In this document: one piece after another, positions 25,335-34,128 of the stretch | Layout: each line of letters begins with the position of its first letter | Position numbering within the stretch: position 1 is the first letter of the stretch | Source: Parcubacteria group bacterium Gr01-1014_3 | GTDB lineage: Bacteria > Patescibacteriota > Minisyncoccia > UBA6257 > WO2-44-18 | DNA: 44,505 nt | Assembly (NCBI GenBank): GCA_007376445.1 | Contig: VMGF01000003.1 | Span: 97,024 to 141,528, forward strand | Reading direction: 5' to 3' | Program-made: the position numbers and the translations under genes | The notes under the pieces: model-generated | Database searches by the model: none | What the model was told of the DNA's origin: nothing | The model's input: the letters and a program-made list of their open reading frames with translations, nothing else

Positions 25335-26516
25335 TTATTCGCTTGCGCTCGGCGCTAACCAGCGGACCCGCCGCATCGCTATTTGGCTCATTTTGTCGTC
25401 CAACGGCGACATCTGCCACTCGATAAAGTGGGCTAAAAGGCCGAATAACTGCTTATTATCAGCCTCACATTTACATTCTATCTTGAAACCCAAGTTTTGA
25501 CTAACTAAGTCAAGGTCAACCGGCACTAAAGTCACCGGCCGATCAAACTTATTCTTAAAGCTGTTAGAAAATAGGTTGGGCACTTCGAATAAGGAGTGAA
25601 TGTAGACCATCTTCGTGTCAGATTTAGCCATTACTCCGCTAAGACTGTTTGCTAGAAGGTGCAGCTCTTTCATAAAAAGCGATTCCAGACGACGCTTTAA
25701 AGCCGGTGACATATTGTCCGTGAGATACCGCTGTATAATTTCTTTTGAGATTGGCGCGCTCACTAACAACTCCTCCGCTAAACTTTGCATCACGTTGTAC
25801 TGCCCCCATAAAAAGTTGTCCCAATAATTCCGCTGACCGCGATCGCCGATGAAAACCGAGGTTTTATCAAAAAATAAATTGGCTAGCACGAAATTCTCCG
25901 CTTCGGTCGCCCGGCCGATCACGTTAGACCAGGTCGTGCCGCACTCCCCCACGAAAACGATCTGATTCTTCGGAAAAAGTTTTTTGATCCGGTTTACGAT
26001 ATCTCTGGTTAAAAATGTCTGACTGAACTGGATCTCCACGCTCTTCGCTTTGAAGCCAAGCGGATTTACCACCTTGTGGCCATCGAGCTTGATGCCGCGA
26101 ATACGCACATCGCTCAAAACAATATCCATATCGCTGACGCTCATCTTGGAAGCGACCCTCGCGCGCTGGCGGTCGAAAAATTTCCAGATCGCTTGCGAGA
26201 TCAGATTGTCCAGATTCGGTTCGTCAATCAGGTCTTTAAAATTATCGCGTACGACAACCGTGGCCGCGTAGACCGTGGTGGCCAGATGCGAATCCAAACC
26301 CAGAATTATTTTGTTGCCCGATAGGTTTCCAAAATGTTTTAAAAATTTCTTTAAGCTCGCGTCGTCAACGCTGTTACCCTCCTTGAACCGCAAAACTCGA
26401 ACCTGCTTTTCCGCAGGATCTGCCTTGATAAGAGCGCCACGCACATACTTATCAAAAATTTCAAGCACTAAAAACCTATCGTCACGCCTAAACAGCGACA
26501 GGATTTTCCCGAACAT
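25335..26516 (-). CDS. divergent FtsA-like actin-fold protein with degenerate nucleotide-binding motifs
   Basis: By-eye alignment to E. coli FtsA: DRFLVLEIFDKYVRGAL vs RKLVVGLEIGTAKVAAL; GHKVVNPLGFKAKSVEIQFSQTF vs GIKNPVGLSGVRMQAKVHLITC; NLFFDKTSVFI where DIGGGTMDIAV is expected. Confidence 0.4.
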   Translation of the reverse strand: MFGKILSLFRRDDRFLVLEIFDKYVRGALIKADPAEKQVRVLRFKEGNSVDDASLKKFLKHFGNLSGNKIILGLDSHLATTVYAATVVVRDNFKDLIDEPNLDNLISQAIWKFFDRQRARVASKMSVSDMDIVLSDVRIRGIKLDGHKVVNPLGFKAKSVEIQFSQTFLTRDIVNRIKKLFPKNQIVFVGECGTTWSNVIGRATEAENFVLANLFFDKTSVFIGDRGQRNYWDNFLWGQYNVMQSLAEELLVSAPISKEIIQRYLTDNMSPALKRRLESLFMKELHLLANSLSGVMAKSDTKMVYIHSLFEVPNLFSNSFKNKFDRPVTLVPVDLDLVSQNLGFKIECKCEADNKQLFGLLAHFIEWQMSPLDDKMSQIAMRRVRWLAPSASE

Positions 26517-26544
26517 AATCTACCTTTAGTATAACATTTTAGAT

Positions 26545-26650
26545 AATTTTAAATTCTAAATTTTTAATTTTAATTGAATGATTAAATGCTAAATTTAAAA
26601 TTAAATCATTGAAAAATTCATTTAAAATTTAAAATTAAAAACTTAAAATT
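26545..26650. repeat. AT-rich palindromic intergenic repeat, full-length copy G
   Basis: 106 bp, more diverged in the centre than the other full-length copies. Confidence 0.8.
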
Positions 26651-26676
26651 AAAAGCTGCGCTATAGCGCAGCTTTT
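26651..26676 (-). terminator. rho-independent terminator overlapping the stop codon of the 26661..27632 gene
   Basis: AAAAGCTGCGC-TATA-GCGCAGCTTTT is a perfect palindrome with the TAG stop lying in the loop. On the minus strand it is followed by TTTTAATTTT. Confidence 0.7.
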
Positions 26677-27632
26677 GTGTCTTCATTCCAGAAATGAATC
26701 CTCCTTAACGTCAGGCAGGCGGCGGCCAGAATCTCGTCGTTGGCATTGGTATCACCAAGCACGATCACTGCCCCATAGTCATTTTTTTCTCTCTTAAGAA
26801 TATCCAGCACTCTTCCGATCTTCACGAAGTCCGCGACCCTATCGCCAGGATCGCCAAAAGCTAGTTCGTTGCCGAAGCGGTTAATATATTCTTTGGGGAT
26901 TTTCAACTCTTCAATCAATTCCCTCAGGCTGTGCCAATGACAGTCAGTCTCAAAAACCCTTAAAGCTCCGAGGGGCATCCTGGGATTGATCTTAGATAAA
27001 GACTTTTTCAGCGCGTCCGCGTATGCCGAATTCGGATCCAGCGAAACATTGTACAATTCGGCAATCGGAACAATGCCGAAATCTTTTATCGCTTTCTCGC
27101 TCACCAGGGCAAAAGAGGCCGCGGCAAAAACCCTAACTCGTCCCTTCGTCCATTGAGTGAGCTCATCTTTTATGACGTAATGGTAGTCGTTCGCAACAAC
27201 CGGAACGATTCTCTCCAAGAAAATATTGGCATGATTGCCTTTGATTGTTTTTTGAATCGAATCGTCCGCCCATTCTTTTTCATAATGAAACAGATGCTTG
27301 CGCTGTAACCGCCGGGAATTTCCAGTATAGAGAATGATGTCCGCCAGGCTATTTTGAATTCTCTCAATCCCGGCCTTAACCCAGTTGAGGCCAAATGCTC
27401 GTCTGTCCTGACAAGATTCCGTCACGATTGATTTTGATAATCCAAAATCCTTGTGCTTGAACTTATTCGGACCAAGTGAATAGATCCTATCAATCTTGTC
27501 GGTCATTCCGAGCCTTGACTCAGCAAGAGTCCGCAGAAGACATTTCTGAGTAGCTAAAACCTGTTCGCTTCTGGATATCGCCATTTTCACCATCGGCGTC
27601 CGATAATAGCCAGCCAAAAAGACTCTGTTCAT
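26661..27632 (-). CDS. thiolase-fold-like protein lacking two of three catalytic residues
   Basis: By-eye alignment to E. coli AtoB: RVFLAGYYRTPM vs VIVSAVRTAIG; TESCQDRR...ADIILYTGNS vs VNKVCGSGL...QSIVAGGME; ELAFGDPGDRV vs AIALGHPIGASG; AVIVLGDTN vs ATLCIGGGQ. GAGGTG lies 4 nt upstream of ATG 27632. Confidence 0.45.
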   Translation of the reverse strand: MNRVFLAGYYRTPMVKMAISRSEQVLATQKCLLRTLAESRLGMTDKIDRIYSLGPNKFKHKDFGLSKSIVTESCQDRRAFGLNWVKAGIERIQNSLADIILYTGNSRRLQRKHLFHYEKEWADDSIQKTIKGNHANIFLERIVPVVANDYHYVIKDELTQWTKGRVRVFAAASFALVSEKAIKDFGIVPIAELYNVSLDPNSAYADALKKSLSKINPRMPLGALRVFETDCHWHSLRELIEELKIPKEYINRFGNELAFGDPGDRVADFVKIGRVLDILKREKNDYGAVIVLGDTNANDEILAAACLTLRRIHFWNEDTKAAL

Positions 27633-27708
27633 CAAACACCTCGTTGTTAAGGAACGGAACTAGCTTAACAGAAAATTTACAAATTATCTAGCTAACCTCT
27701 TTTCAAAT

Positions 27709-27817
27709 AATTTTAAATTCTAAATTTTTAATTTTAATTTAATGACTAAATTAACAAATTTTTAAACATTTTATCATTTTGATTTAATTTAAAATTTATA
27801 ATTGAAAATTTAAAATT
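27709..27817. repeat. AT-rich palindromic intergenic repeat, full-length copy H
   Basis: 109 bp with both arms conserved and a diverged centre. Confidence 0.8.
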
Positions 27818-27821
27818 CTTA

Positions 27822-29576
27822 CTACCTCACCGTAGCCCTAATACGGCGTGTACCCGCGCCAACCGCCTCATCTTTCAGTATCTTAAACTTCCCTACCTCG
27901 GCGGTGTGGGTTACGTGCGGGCCTCCGCAGAATTCTTTCGAGAAAGCCTCGTCCAGGGAATGTCCGGCGAAATAAACATTCACCTCGTCCGGATATTTTT
28001 CCTTGAAAAAGAATAACGCGCCGGTTTGCTTGGCTTCGTCTTTATCCATCTTCACGCAGTTCATCGGCAGGTCTTTCTCGACTATATCATTTACCATATC
28101 TTCCACTTTTTGAACTTCATCGGTCGTGAGCTTTCTAGAAAAGGCGAAATCAAAGCGAGTCCGCTCGGCGGTGATATCTGAACCTTTTTGTGAAACTTCA
28201 TTACCTAAGACTCTCCGAAGCGCGGCCTGCAGTAAATGGGTGGCGGTGTGCAACCGAGTCACTTTTTTAAGCTCAACTTCGTCCTTCGCCTTCAATTCGC
28301 CGGTATCTAAAAGCAGGCCATGGCCGCCGAACTTCTTCTCCGCTCCCGCGCGGGAAATTTCTTGATGTTTTTTAAATTCTTTCTGAAAATCTTCTCGAGA
28401 AACACCGGCCACCTTTTCTGGCGCCAACTCCTGAACTAATTCAAATGGCAAACCGAAGGTTTCATAAATAGAGAAAGCTTCCGCGGCGGAAATCTTTTCA
28501 TATTTTTTGACCGCGGAAATTCCGTTGGCGATCGCCCGCTCAAACTTGCTCTTCTCCGCGATCATCACCTCCATTATCTTTGAATCTTTGACCTCCGGAT
28601 AAATTTTGCCAAACTTCTCTTTCACGAACTCGTGCGCGATCGGAAAAAGATCCGCGTGCACATCGTAAATTACTTGATAAGCTAAAATTCGGCGAAGCAG
28701 GCGGCGTAAAATATATCCAGCCTCTTTATTGGATGGGCGGACGCCATCGGCAATCAAGAATATTGAAGATCGAAGATGATCGGCAAAAATACGGACCTCC
28801 CGCTCTTTTAATTCTGGCGCCACTTCATTAATTTTCTTGATCAGATCCGCGAAAATATCGGAATCATAAACGCTCTCCACGCCTTGTAACATCACTACTA
28901 AGCGCTCAAAGCCCATGCCCGTGTCCACGCCCGGAGTTTTTAATAGCTCCAGCTTTGCTTGCCCTGAGCCCGCCGAAGGGTCGGATTTCTGGTAATACAT
29001 ATTAAAAACCAAGTTCCAGACCTCCACGCCATCGACATATATTTCAGTAGTCGGACCGCAAGGACCTTCATTACCAGTCGGGCCCCAGAAATTATCTGAG
29101 CGGCCGTGCTTAGAAATCTTATCAGCCGGAATACCGATCTCTTTATGCCAAATATCATAGGCTTCTTGGTCATAAGGCACGCTGCCTTCGCCGGAAAATA
29201 CCGTCACGGTAATCCGCTCGCGGTTAATACCAAGAACCCCAGTCAGATATTCATAGGCGAAATGGATCGCCTCTTTTTTGAGATAACCGCCAAAACTAAA
29301 ATTGCCGAGCATCTCGAAAAAGGTCAGGTGGGTCTTATCCCCCGTTTCTTCAATATCCGAAGTGCGGAAGCATTTTTGAATGGAGCAGGTGTTTTTGCTA
29401 CCAAAATCCTTTTCGGAATCCAACTCACCGGTAAAATACTTCTTGAACTGCTGCATGCCGGCAGTCGTCAAAAGCACCGATGGATCATCTGGCAATAAAG
29501 ACGAAGAAGGCACCGCTGCGTGACCATTTTCTTGGAAAAACTTTAGGAAACTTTTTCTGATTTCTTCAGAAGACAT
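27822..29576 (-). CDS. alaS: alanine--tRNA ligase, short form (catalytic, tRNA-recognition and editing domains; no C-Ala domain)
   Basis: MSSEEIRKSFLKFFQENGH..., GVDTGMGFER, editing-site HTATHLLQAAL and CGGPHV. It ends about 30 aa after CGGPHV, at 584 aa. Confidence 0.9.
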   Translation of the reverse strand: MSSEEIRKSFLKFFQENGHAAVPSSSLLPDDPSVLLTTAGMQQFKKYFTGELDSEKDFGSKNTCSIQKCFRTSDIEETGDKTHLTFFEMLGNFSFGGYLKKEAIHFAYEYLTGVLGINRERITVTVFSGEGSVPYDQEAYDIWHKEIGIPADKISKHGRSDNFWGPTGNEGPCGPTTEIYVDGVEVWNLVFNMYYQKSDPSAGSGQAKLELLKTPGVDTGMGFERLVVMLQGVESVYDSDIFADLIKKINEVAPELKEREVRIFADHLRSSIFLIADGVRPSNKEAGYILRRLLRRILAYQVIYDVHADLFPIAHEFVKEKFGKIYPEVKDSKIMEVMIAEKSKFERAIANGISAVKKYEKISAAEAFSIYETFGLPFELVQELAPEKVAGVSREDFQKEFKKHQEISRAGAEKKFGGHGLLLDTGELKAKDEVELKKVTRLHTATHLLQAALRRVLGNEVSQKGSDITAERTRFDFAFSRKLTTDEVQKVEDMVNDIVEKDLPMNCVKMDKDEAKQTGALFFFKEKYPDEVNVYFAGHSLDEAFSKEFCGGPHVTHTAEVGKFKILKDEAVGAGTRRIRATVR

Positions 29577-29583
29577 TGTTATA

Positions 29584-29620
29584 AATTTTAAATTCTAAAT
29601 TTTTAATTTTAAATGAATGT
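29584..29620. repeat. AT-rich palindromic repeat, left arm only (copy I)
   Basis: AATTTTAAATTCTAAATTTTTAATTTTAAATGAATG. The arm ends 8 nt from the alaS ATG (TAAAAT at 29585-29590). The matching right arm lies on the far side of the next gene. Confidence 0.7.
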
Positions 29621-29634
29621 TAAAATGAGTAATT

Positions 29635-29997
29635 TCAAATTTTTCTTTCGAGTGTTTGGGTTATTTTTGAAAATATCAGAGTAAGCTCCTGTACCTCTTT
29701 CCATAATTTACGAGCAACATCTTCTATCTCTGGGTTGGCCTTTGCGATCCGCTCCAGCCAATACTTGGTTTCTCGAGCTTCTTTTTTACAAATGTATATC
29801 TTGTTCTTAAAATCTTTTTGAGAACTGGCTCCATTGGCTTCCATATAGTTCGCGCCTATAGATGTCGCTGACCGTACTAATTGACTGACTAGTGGCGTAT
29901 TTATAAGGTCTTTCTTTATGCTGCGCGCAAATGGAAGCACTTCATCGCTAAATTTAGCGGTTCTATCCTCTAGGTCGTATTTTTTATCATTTGGCAT
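29635..29997 (-). CDS. four-helix-bundle protein (23S rRNA intervening-sequence protein family)
   Basis: LVSQLVRSATSIGANYMEANGASSQKDF...ICKKEARETKYWLERI matches the family signature from memory. Confidence 0.8.
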   Translation of the reverse strand: MPNDKKYDLEDRTAKFSDEVLPFARSIKKDLINTPLVSQLVRSATSIGANYMEANGASSQKDFKNKIYICKKEARETKYWLERIAKANPEIEDVARKLWKEVQELTLIFSKITQTLERKI

Positions 29998-30003
29998 TGT
30001 GTC

Positions 30004-30038
30004 ATTAACTTAAAATTTAAAATTGAAAATTTCAAATT
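30004..30038. repeat. AT-rich palindromic repeat, right arm only (copy J)
   Basis: ATTAACTTAAAATTTAAAATTGAAAATTTCAAATT aligns with the right arm of copy H. Confidence 0.6.
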
Positions 30039-30065
30039 ATAAGATTCCGAATAAGCTTATAGTCC

Positions 30066-31427
30066 CTATCTTAACAAACTATCCAGCGTTGCCAAGATGA
30101 GCTTGATGCTCTTGATAGCGGCATTGATCCTTTCGGGACTAGTCGCGTTGTTGCGGATCACACCGGACAGCTCAATGATCTTTTTTTCCGCGTTTTTAAG
30201 TAAAAGCAAGACACGAGGAGTTGCCGTGTGAGACTGCGCCCGCCTTAAAAGTTCGTCATACTGCGTCTTCAAAACCTGGGCCTGCTTTGCCCAACCATCG
30301 CTGGAGGCGGAAAGCTGATTAAGCGCGCTTTTGATGATCGCGATCGCGGAAGTAGCCTGACCCAAGGCGCCGGAGAAATTCTCCTGTCGGTAAAGCGACT
30401 CGGCCTGCATTAAATTAAATTTGGCCCGCTCCATCAACAGCTTTACGGAACCATTCACATCCCCTTCCCGCTCTCCTACTTTTTCGTCCAACTGCTCCAT
30501 TAAGGCTTTCGCCTCATCGATAATAGCCAAGGCCTGAACTCCGCCAATACCCTCCTCTTTTAAAATTTCTTCCAAAAGCCGCTGGCGAAGCAGGTTTAAT
30601 TCGGTTTTAATATCGTTGTTAACCAATCTCTCGCGTAACTCTTCCAGGACATTCAATCGTAACTGGCGATTACCGGCATCAACGCTCAAAAGACTCAAGA
30701 GGCTGACATCTCCAGACAAGATCAGCCCACCTTCCAGCTGACCGCTTAACTTGATCAAAAAGTCTTCTTTCAAGGCTGATACGGAATTGCGATGCTCACC
30801 AGCCATCTTTTCTTCCAGGGCAGATAAAAACTCCGCCGCTTTTAGGTCGTTGATACCGCCATTCTCCACGGTTAGGGCATTTTCTAGGCGGTCGATGAAT
30901 TTCTCGATTGAATCAATGCGGATGGTCAAATTACCCAGCAAAGACATCATTACGCCTTGAAGATCATAAATTTGGGACCGAATATCCGCATCCAGCTCCG
31001 AATTCAATAAAATCGCGTTCAAAACGGCGTAATGACGGAGAGTATTGATTATCAAAAGGTTCAAGAGCCGGTCTAACTCTGGATTCTGGCTGGTTTCCTT
31101 GATTTGCTCTACTCGGGAGAGCAAGACCGAGAGCTGGCCACTGTAATTCTCGATAGCATCAGCCAAGGCTTCGTGATTCTCCGGGGTAATCTCCTCCATT
31201 TTGCGCAATTCAGCTGCCTTTTCATTGGCGGTTTCGATCTCTAATTCAAGCTTACGAATCTCCTTAAAAGCCAAAATTTTCCTCACATCCCGTCGTAATT
31301 CCTTTAGGAAATAGAAGGGATTGCTCGGCAAAAGACCGACATATCCACCTTCCTGCGCGAAAGCAACCGACGACACAGTAAGGCCGGCTAAAATCACTGC
31401 CAACACACTTAATTTAAGAGATTTCAT
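30066..31427 (-). CDS. secreted all-helical protein (N-terminus resembles DUF5667)
   Basis: Signal peptide MKSLKLSVLAVILAGLTVSSVAFA, then LLPSNPFYFLKE. The ORF-track GTG at 31487 adds 20 unlikely residues. The family call is from memory only. Confidence 0.6.
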   Translation of the reverse strand: MKSLKLSVLAVILAGLTVSSVAFAQEGGYVGLLPSNPFYFLKELRRDVRKILAFKEIRKLELEIETANEKAAELRKMEEITPENHEALADAIENYSGQLSVLLSRVEQIKETSQNPELDRLLNLLIINTLRHYAVLNAILLNSELDADIRSQIYDLQGVMMSLLGNLTIRIDSIEKFIDRLENALTVENGGINDLKAAEFLSALEEKMAGEHRNSVSALKEDFLIKLSGQLEGGLILSGDVSLLSLLSVDAGNRQLRLNVLEELRERLVNNDIKTELNLLRQRLLEEILKEEGIGGVQALAIIDEAKALMEQLDEKVGEREGDVNGSVKLLMERAKFNLMQAESLYRQENFSGALGQATSAIAIIKSALNQLSASSDGWAKQAQVLKTQYDELLRRAQSHTATPRVLLLLKNAEKKIIELSGVIRNNATSPERINAAIKSIKLILATLDSLLR

Positions 31428-31514
31428 AAAAAATAGCCCTTTACAGGCTATGATCAAACAATCTTTGCGACTTAACCAATATAGCACAAAGCCCGGTTTT
31501 TGGGAATACCCAGA

Positions 31515-31730
31515 TTAAGCTGGGATTAATATCTTTTTCTGCCCAGCCGAAACCTGAAAACGCTCCCTACCCGGATTAGTTTTCGTATAGTTCAAAACTT
31601 CTATGCCAACAATCTCTCCCTTTCTGTCTATATCCATCAAAAAGTGGCCTTTTTCTAAGGTTTTGGAAATTTTGTTGCGATTAAGTTCTATATAAAGCGC
31701 GTCCGCTTCTTTGTCGTATTTTATTTTCAT
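31515..31730 (-). CDS. DUF2283-family protein (putative antitoxin partner)
   Basis: MKIKYDKEADALYIELN...GEIVGIEVLN is the characteristic DUF2283 pattern. It overlaps the upstream gene by 4 nt (ATGA). Confidence 0.75.
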   Translation of the reverse strand: MKIKYDKEADALYIELNRNKISKTLEKGHFLMDIDRKGEIVGIEVLNYTKTNPGRERFQVSAGQKKILIPA

Positions 31731-31942
31731 AAGTAGTAGGTTGTTATAATCGTGAATCTTTCTTTGTATTGATGATAGATAACGACTAATTTTTTACCAT
31801 TTTTTACATAAATGCATTTAATTGTTCCGTGTTCCTGGATTCGCCGCTCTTGTCCTTTCAGTAAAGCTTCTTTAACCGCTATTTTGGAGATGCTCCTTTT
31901 CTTTAATCGGTGTAACGCATGCTTACTATACCTTATCTTCAT
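31727..31942 (-). CDS. DUF4258-family protein (putative toxin partner)
   Basis: MKIRYSKHALHRLKKRSISK... is a typical DUF4258 N-terminus. 71 aa. Confidence 0.7.
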   Translation of the reverse strand: MKIRYSKHALHRLKKRSISKIAVKEALLKGQERRIQEHGTIKCIYVKNGKKLVVIYHQYKERFTIITTYYL

Positions 31943-31950
31943 TATACCCC

Positions 31951-31979
31951 ACTATAAATTTAGGGTGTTGATAAGTCAA
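31951..31979 (-). promoter_or_regulatory. sigma70-like promoter (TTGACT - 17 nt - TATAGT), 8 nt upstream of the DUF4258 ATG
   Basis: Minus strand reads caTTGACTtatcaacaccctaaattTATAGTggggtataATG. Confidence 0.55.
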
Positions 31980-31989
31980 TGTTTACTGA

Positions 31990-34116
31990 TTATTCCCGCT
32001 TTCCGGCTCGGTAGATTTCGGCGACTTCGGTGGCGGAAAGGGCGCGGTTGTAGGCGCGGACTTCGTCGAGGAGGCCGTCAAAATAAGCCGCGACCTGGGC
32101 TGTCCTGCCGATCCATAAAATGGACTTAGCGGTTTGCGCTCCGGTTGAAACAGTCGCGTTGGTGGATTGTAAAACGCCATCAACATAAATGGCGGAAGTG
32201 GTTATGTCCGCGTCAGCGGTGCCGGGAATTGTAAAAACCACATGATGCCAATTATTATCAGCGAGGTTTGTATCGGCATTGAAATAACGATAATTAGAAC
32301 CGCCCATATAAATAATATGCCTTGTAGTATCCCAATAAAGAGAAACTAGGGGTACGCCGCCGGCCGCTCCAAAATTTACGACAGGGTGTACGCCGGTTCC
32401 GGAAATCCTAACCCAGCCGCTGATAGAAAAGGCTGTTAGTGTTGGAGGAGTCACGACGTCAACATAATCATTTATCCCGTCAAATTTTAACGCCTGGCCA
32501 ACCACACCCGACGCGACAGTTGGGCCGCCGGTTAAAGTTCCATTATTCCCCCCGCTCCCTCGGTCGGTTGCTACCGTCCCACTCACATCCGGGCCATTGA
32601 ATGGCCAAAAACCGACTAAGCCGCCGTCGAAGCGATTGTTTTGAGAAATATTTTGCTTGCTTCTTTGTTCCGGAGCGCCGGCGCGGTAGATTTCGGCTAC
32701 TTCTGTGGCGGAAAGGACGCGATTGTATAAACGAATTTCGTCTAGTGGGCCGTTCCAAAAACCGCCCGGCGATTGATAAGCGGCTATTTGAATAGTGTTA
32801 GCGCTCGTAATATCCCAGGCACTGACACCAGTCGTTGGCGTTCCGTCTTGCGCGCCATCAGTATATAGGGTGATGGTATCACCGTCTCTTACTCCCACTG
32901 AGTGATGCCATTGATTATCATTTATTGCTTTTGTTCCAACGGTTTCGGCTTGCGCTGCACCGTTTGCAATTCTAAACCTCATTGTGTTGGTGTTTGTATT
33001 TACATACAAATTAAACCCGGCCAGGTTTGTTCCGGCCTGTTTGTTGTCGATTGGGGTCATATAACCTAGGCTACCAGTTTTATACCAAGCTGAAACCGAC
33101 ATTGGACCAGTGCCGAAGTCATCTGCTCCAGGATTAGCTATAGTAATATAATCATTCACGCCATCAAATTTAAGGGCTTGACCAACAACGCCGGTAGCGG
33201 TTGTGGGGCCGCTAGTTAAAGTCCCGTTATTCCCCTGCCCGCTTCGGTCAGATGCCGTTACACCGCTAATATCTGCTCCATTGAATGGCCAAAAACCGAC
33301 GAGACCGCCGTCGTAACGATTATTTTGAGAAATGCTCTGTTTATCCCCTTCCGTCCTCGCGGTAGTTTTATAATGTTCCGCGACTTCGGTGGCGCTCATG
33401 GCCCGATTATAAACACGAACTTCGTCGATGGCTCCGTCCCAATAAGATCCGCTCGGCGGTAAACCGATGGAAAGAGTCGAATCAACATATGTAATACCGG
33501 TGGCGTAAGAAAACGGCGTACCAGAAACCGCGCCATCAATATAAAGAGTCACGGTCGCGCCATCATAAGTACCTACGACATGGTGCCACTGACCAAGTGA
33601 TGGCATATCAATAGTCACATAGCCACCAGGAGAAGCGCTGGCGTCATAGTCATCCACCCACCAAGTAAATTTACTGTTGGTGGAGCGATTATAAAAACCA
33701 TAGCCATCATTCCACGTACCGCTGGAGGTTTTCATGACCGGTCCTTGGAAATTTACCTCCCGGTTGGCTAGCATCCAGAACTCAACGCTAACTGAAGCAG
33801 GACTAAGCAACGCGTTATGTGCCACCGAAACAGTATTGTCGGCGCCATCAAAATCCAATGCTTGGCCGACTACGCCACCGCGCCTTTTCGGAGCGCCAGC
33901 GATAGTGCCGTTCAATCCGCCACCGCTCCGATCGGTCGCCGTGGTTCCGCTCACATCCGATCCATTAAATGACCAGTAGCCGACTAAGCCACCATCAAAC
34001 CGATTGGTGGGATAAACTATCTGCCTCAAAGCGGCGACGGTTGGCTGCCAACCGAGGGTTATGATAAGTAAGCCGCCGATGACTAGCAAGGTTATGATGA
34101 TTACTTTGGGTTTCAT
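31990..34116 (-). CDS. secreted or anchored protein with four LamG (concanavalin A-like lectin) domains
   Basis: N-terminal TM/signal. Four repeats of GGLVG(Y/F)W(S/P)FNG.D.SG......DRSG.G.NGT...G.....G.VGQAL.FDG ... DEVR.YNRA(L/M)SATEVAE.Y. Confidence 0.85.
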   Translation of the reverse strand: MKPKVIIITLLVIGGLLIITLGWQPTVAALRQIVYPTNRFDGGLVGYWSFNGSDVSGTTATDRSGGGLNGTIAGAPKRRGGVVGQALDFDGADNTVSVAHNALLSPASVSVEFWMLANREVNFQGPVMKTSSGTWNDGYGFYNRSTNSKFTWWVDDYDASASPGGYVTIDMPSLGQWHHVVGTYDGATVTLYIDGAVSGTPFSYATGITYVDSTLSIGLPPSGSYWDGAIDEVRVYNRAMSATEVAEHYKTTARTEGDKQSISQNNRYDGGLVGFWPFNGADISGVTASDRSGQGNNGTLTSGPTTATGVVGQALKFDGVNDYITIANPGADDFGTGPMSVSAWYKTGSLGYMTPIDNKQAGTNLAGFNLYVNTNTNTMRFRIANGAAQAETVGTKAINDNQWHHSVGVRDGDTITLYTDGAQDGTPTTGVSAWDITSANTIQIAAYQSPGGFWNGPLDEIRLYNRVLSATEVAEIYRAGAPEQRSKQNISQNNRFDGGLVGFWPFNGPDVSGTVATDRGSGGNNGTLTGGPTVASGVVGQALKFDGINDYVDVVTPPTLTAFSISGWVRISGTGVHPVVNFGAAGGVPLVSLYWDTTRHIIYMGGSNYRYFNADTNLADNNWHHVVFTIPGTADADITTSAIYVDGVLQSTNATVSTGAQTAKSILWIGRTAQVAAYFDGLLDEVRAYNRALSATEVAEIYRAGKRE

Positions 34117-34128
34117 GTACTTATACTG

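Noticed and set aside
28956-28976. Seven residues, SAGSGQA, in alaS, encoded by TCGGCGGGCTCAGGGCAAGCA. This resembles GCTCAGGGTAAACAA in the GC-rich island (about 16236-16250) and looks like an in-frame insertion relative to my remembered E. coli alignment.
   Set aside because: The nucleotide match is short and imperfect, and the insertion call rests on an alignment done from memory. It is worth a formal alignment but is not supportable as a finding.
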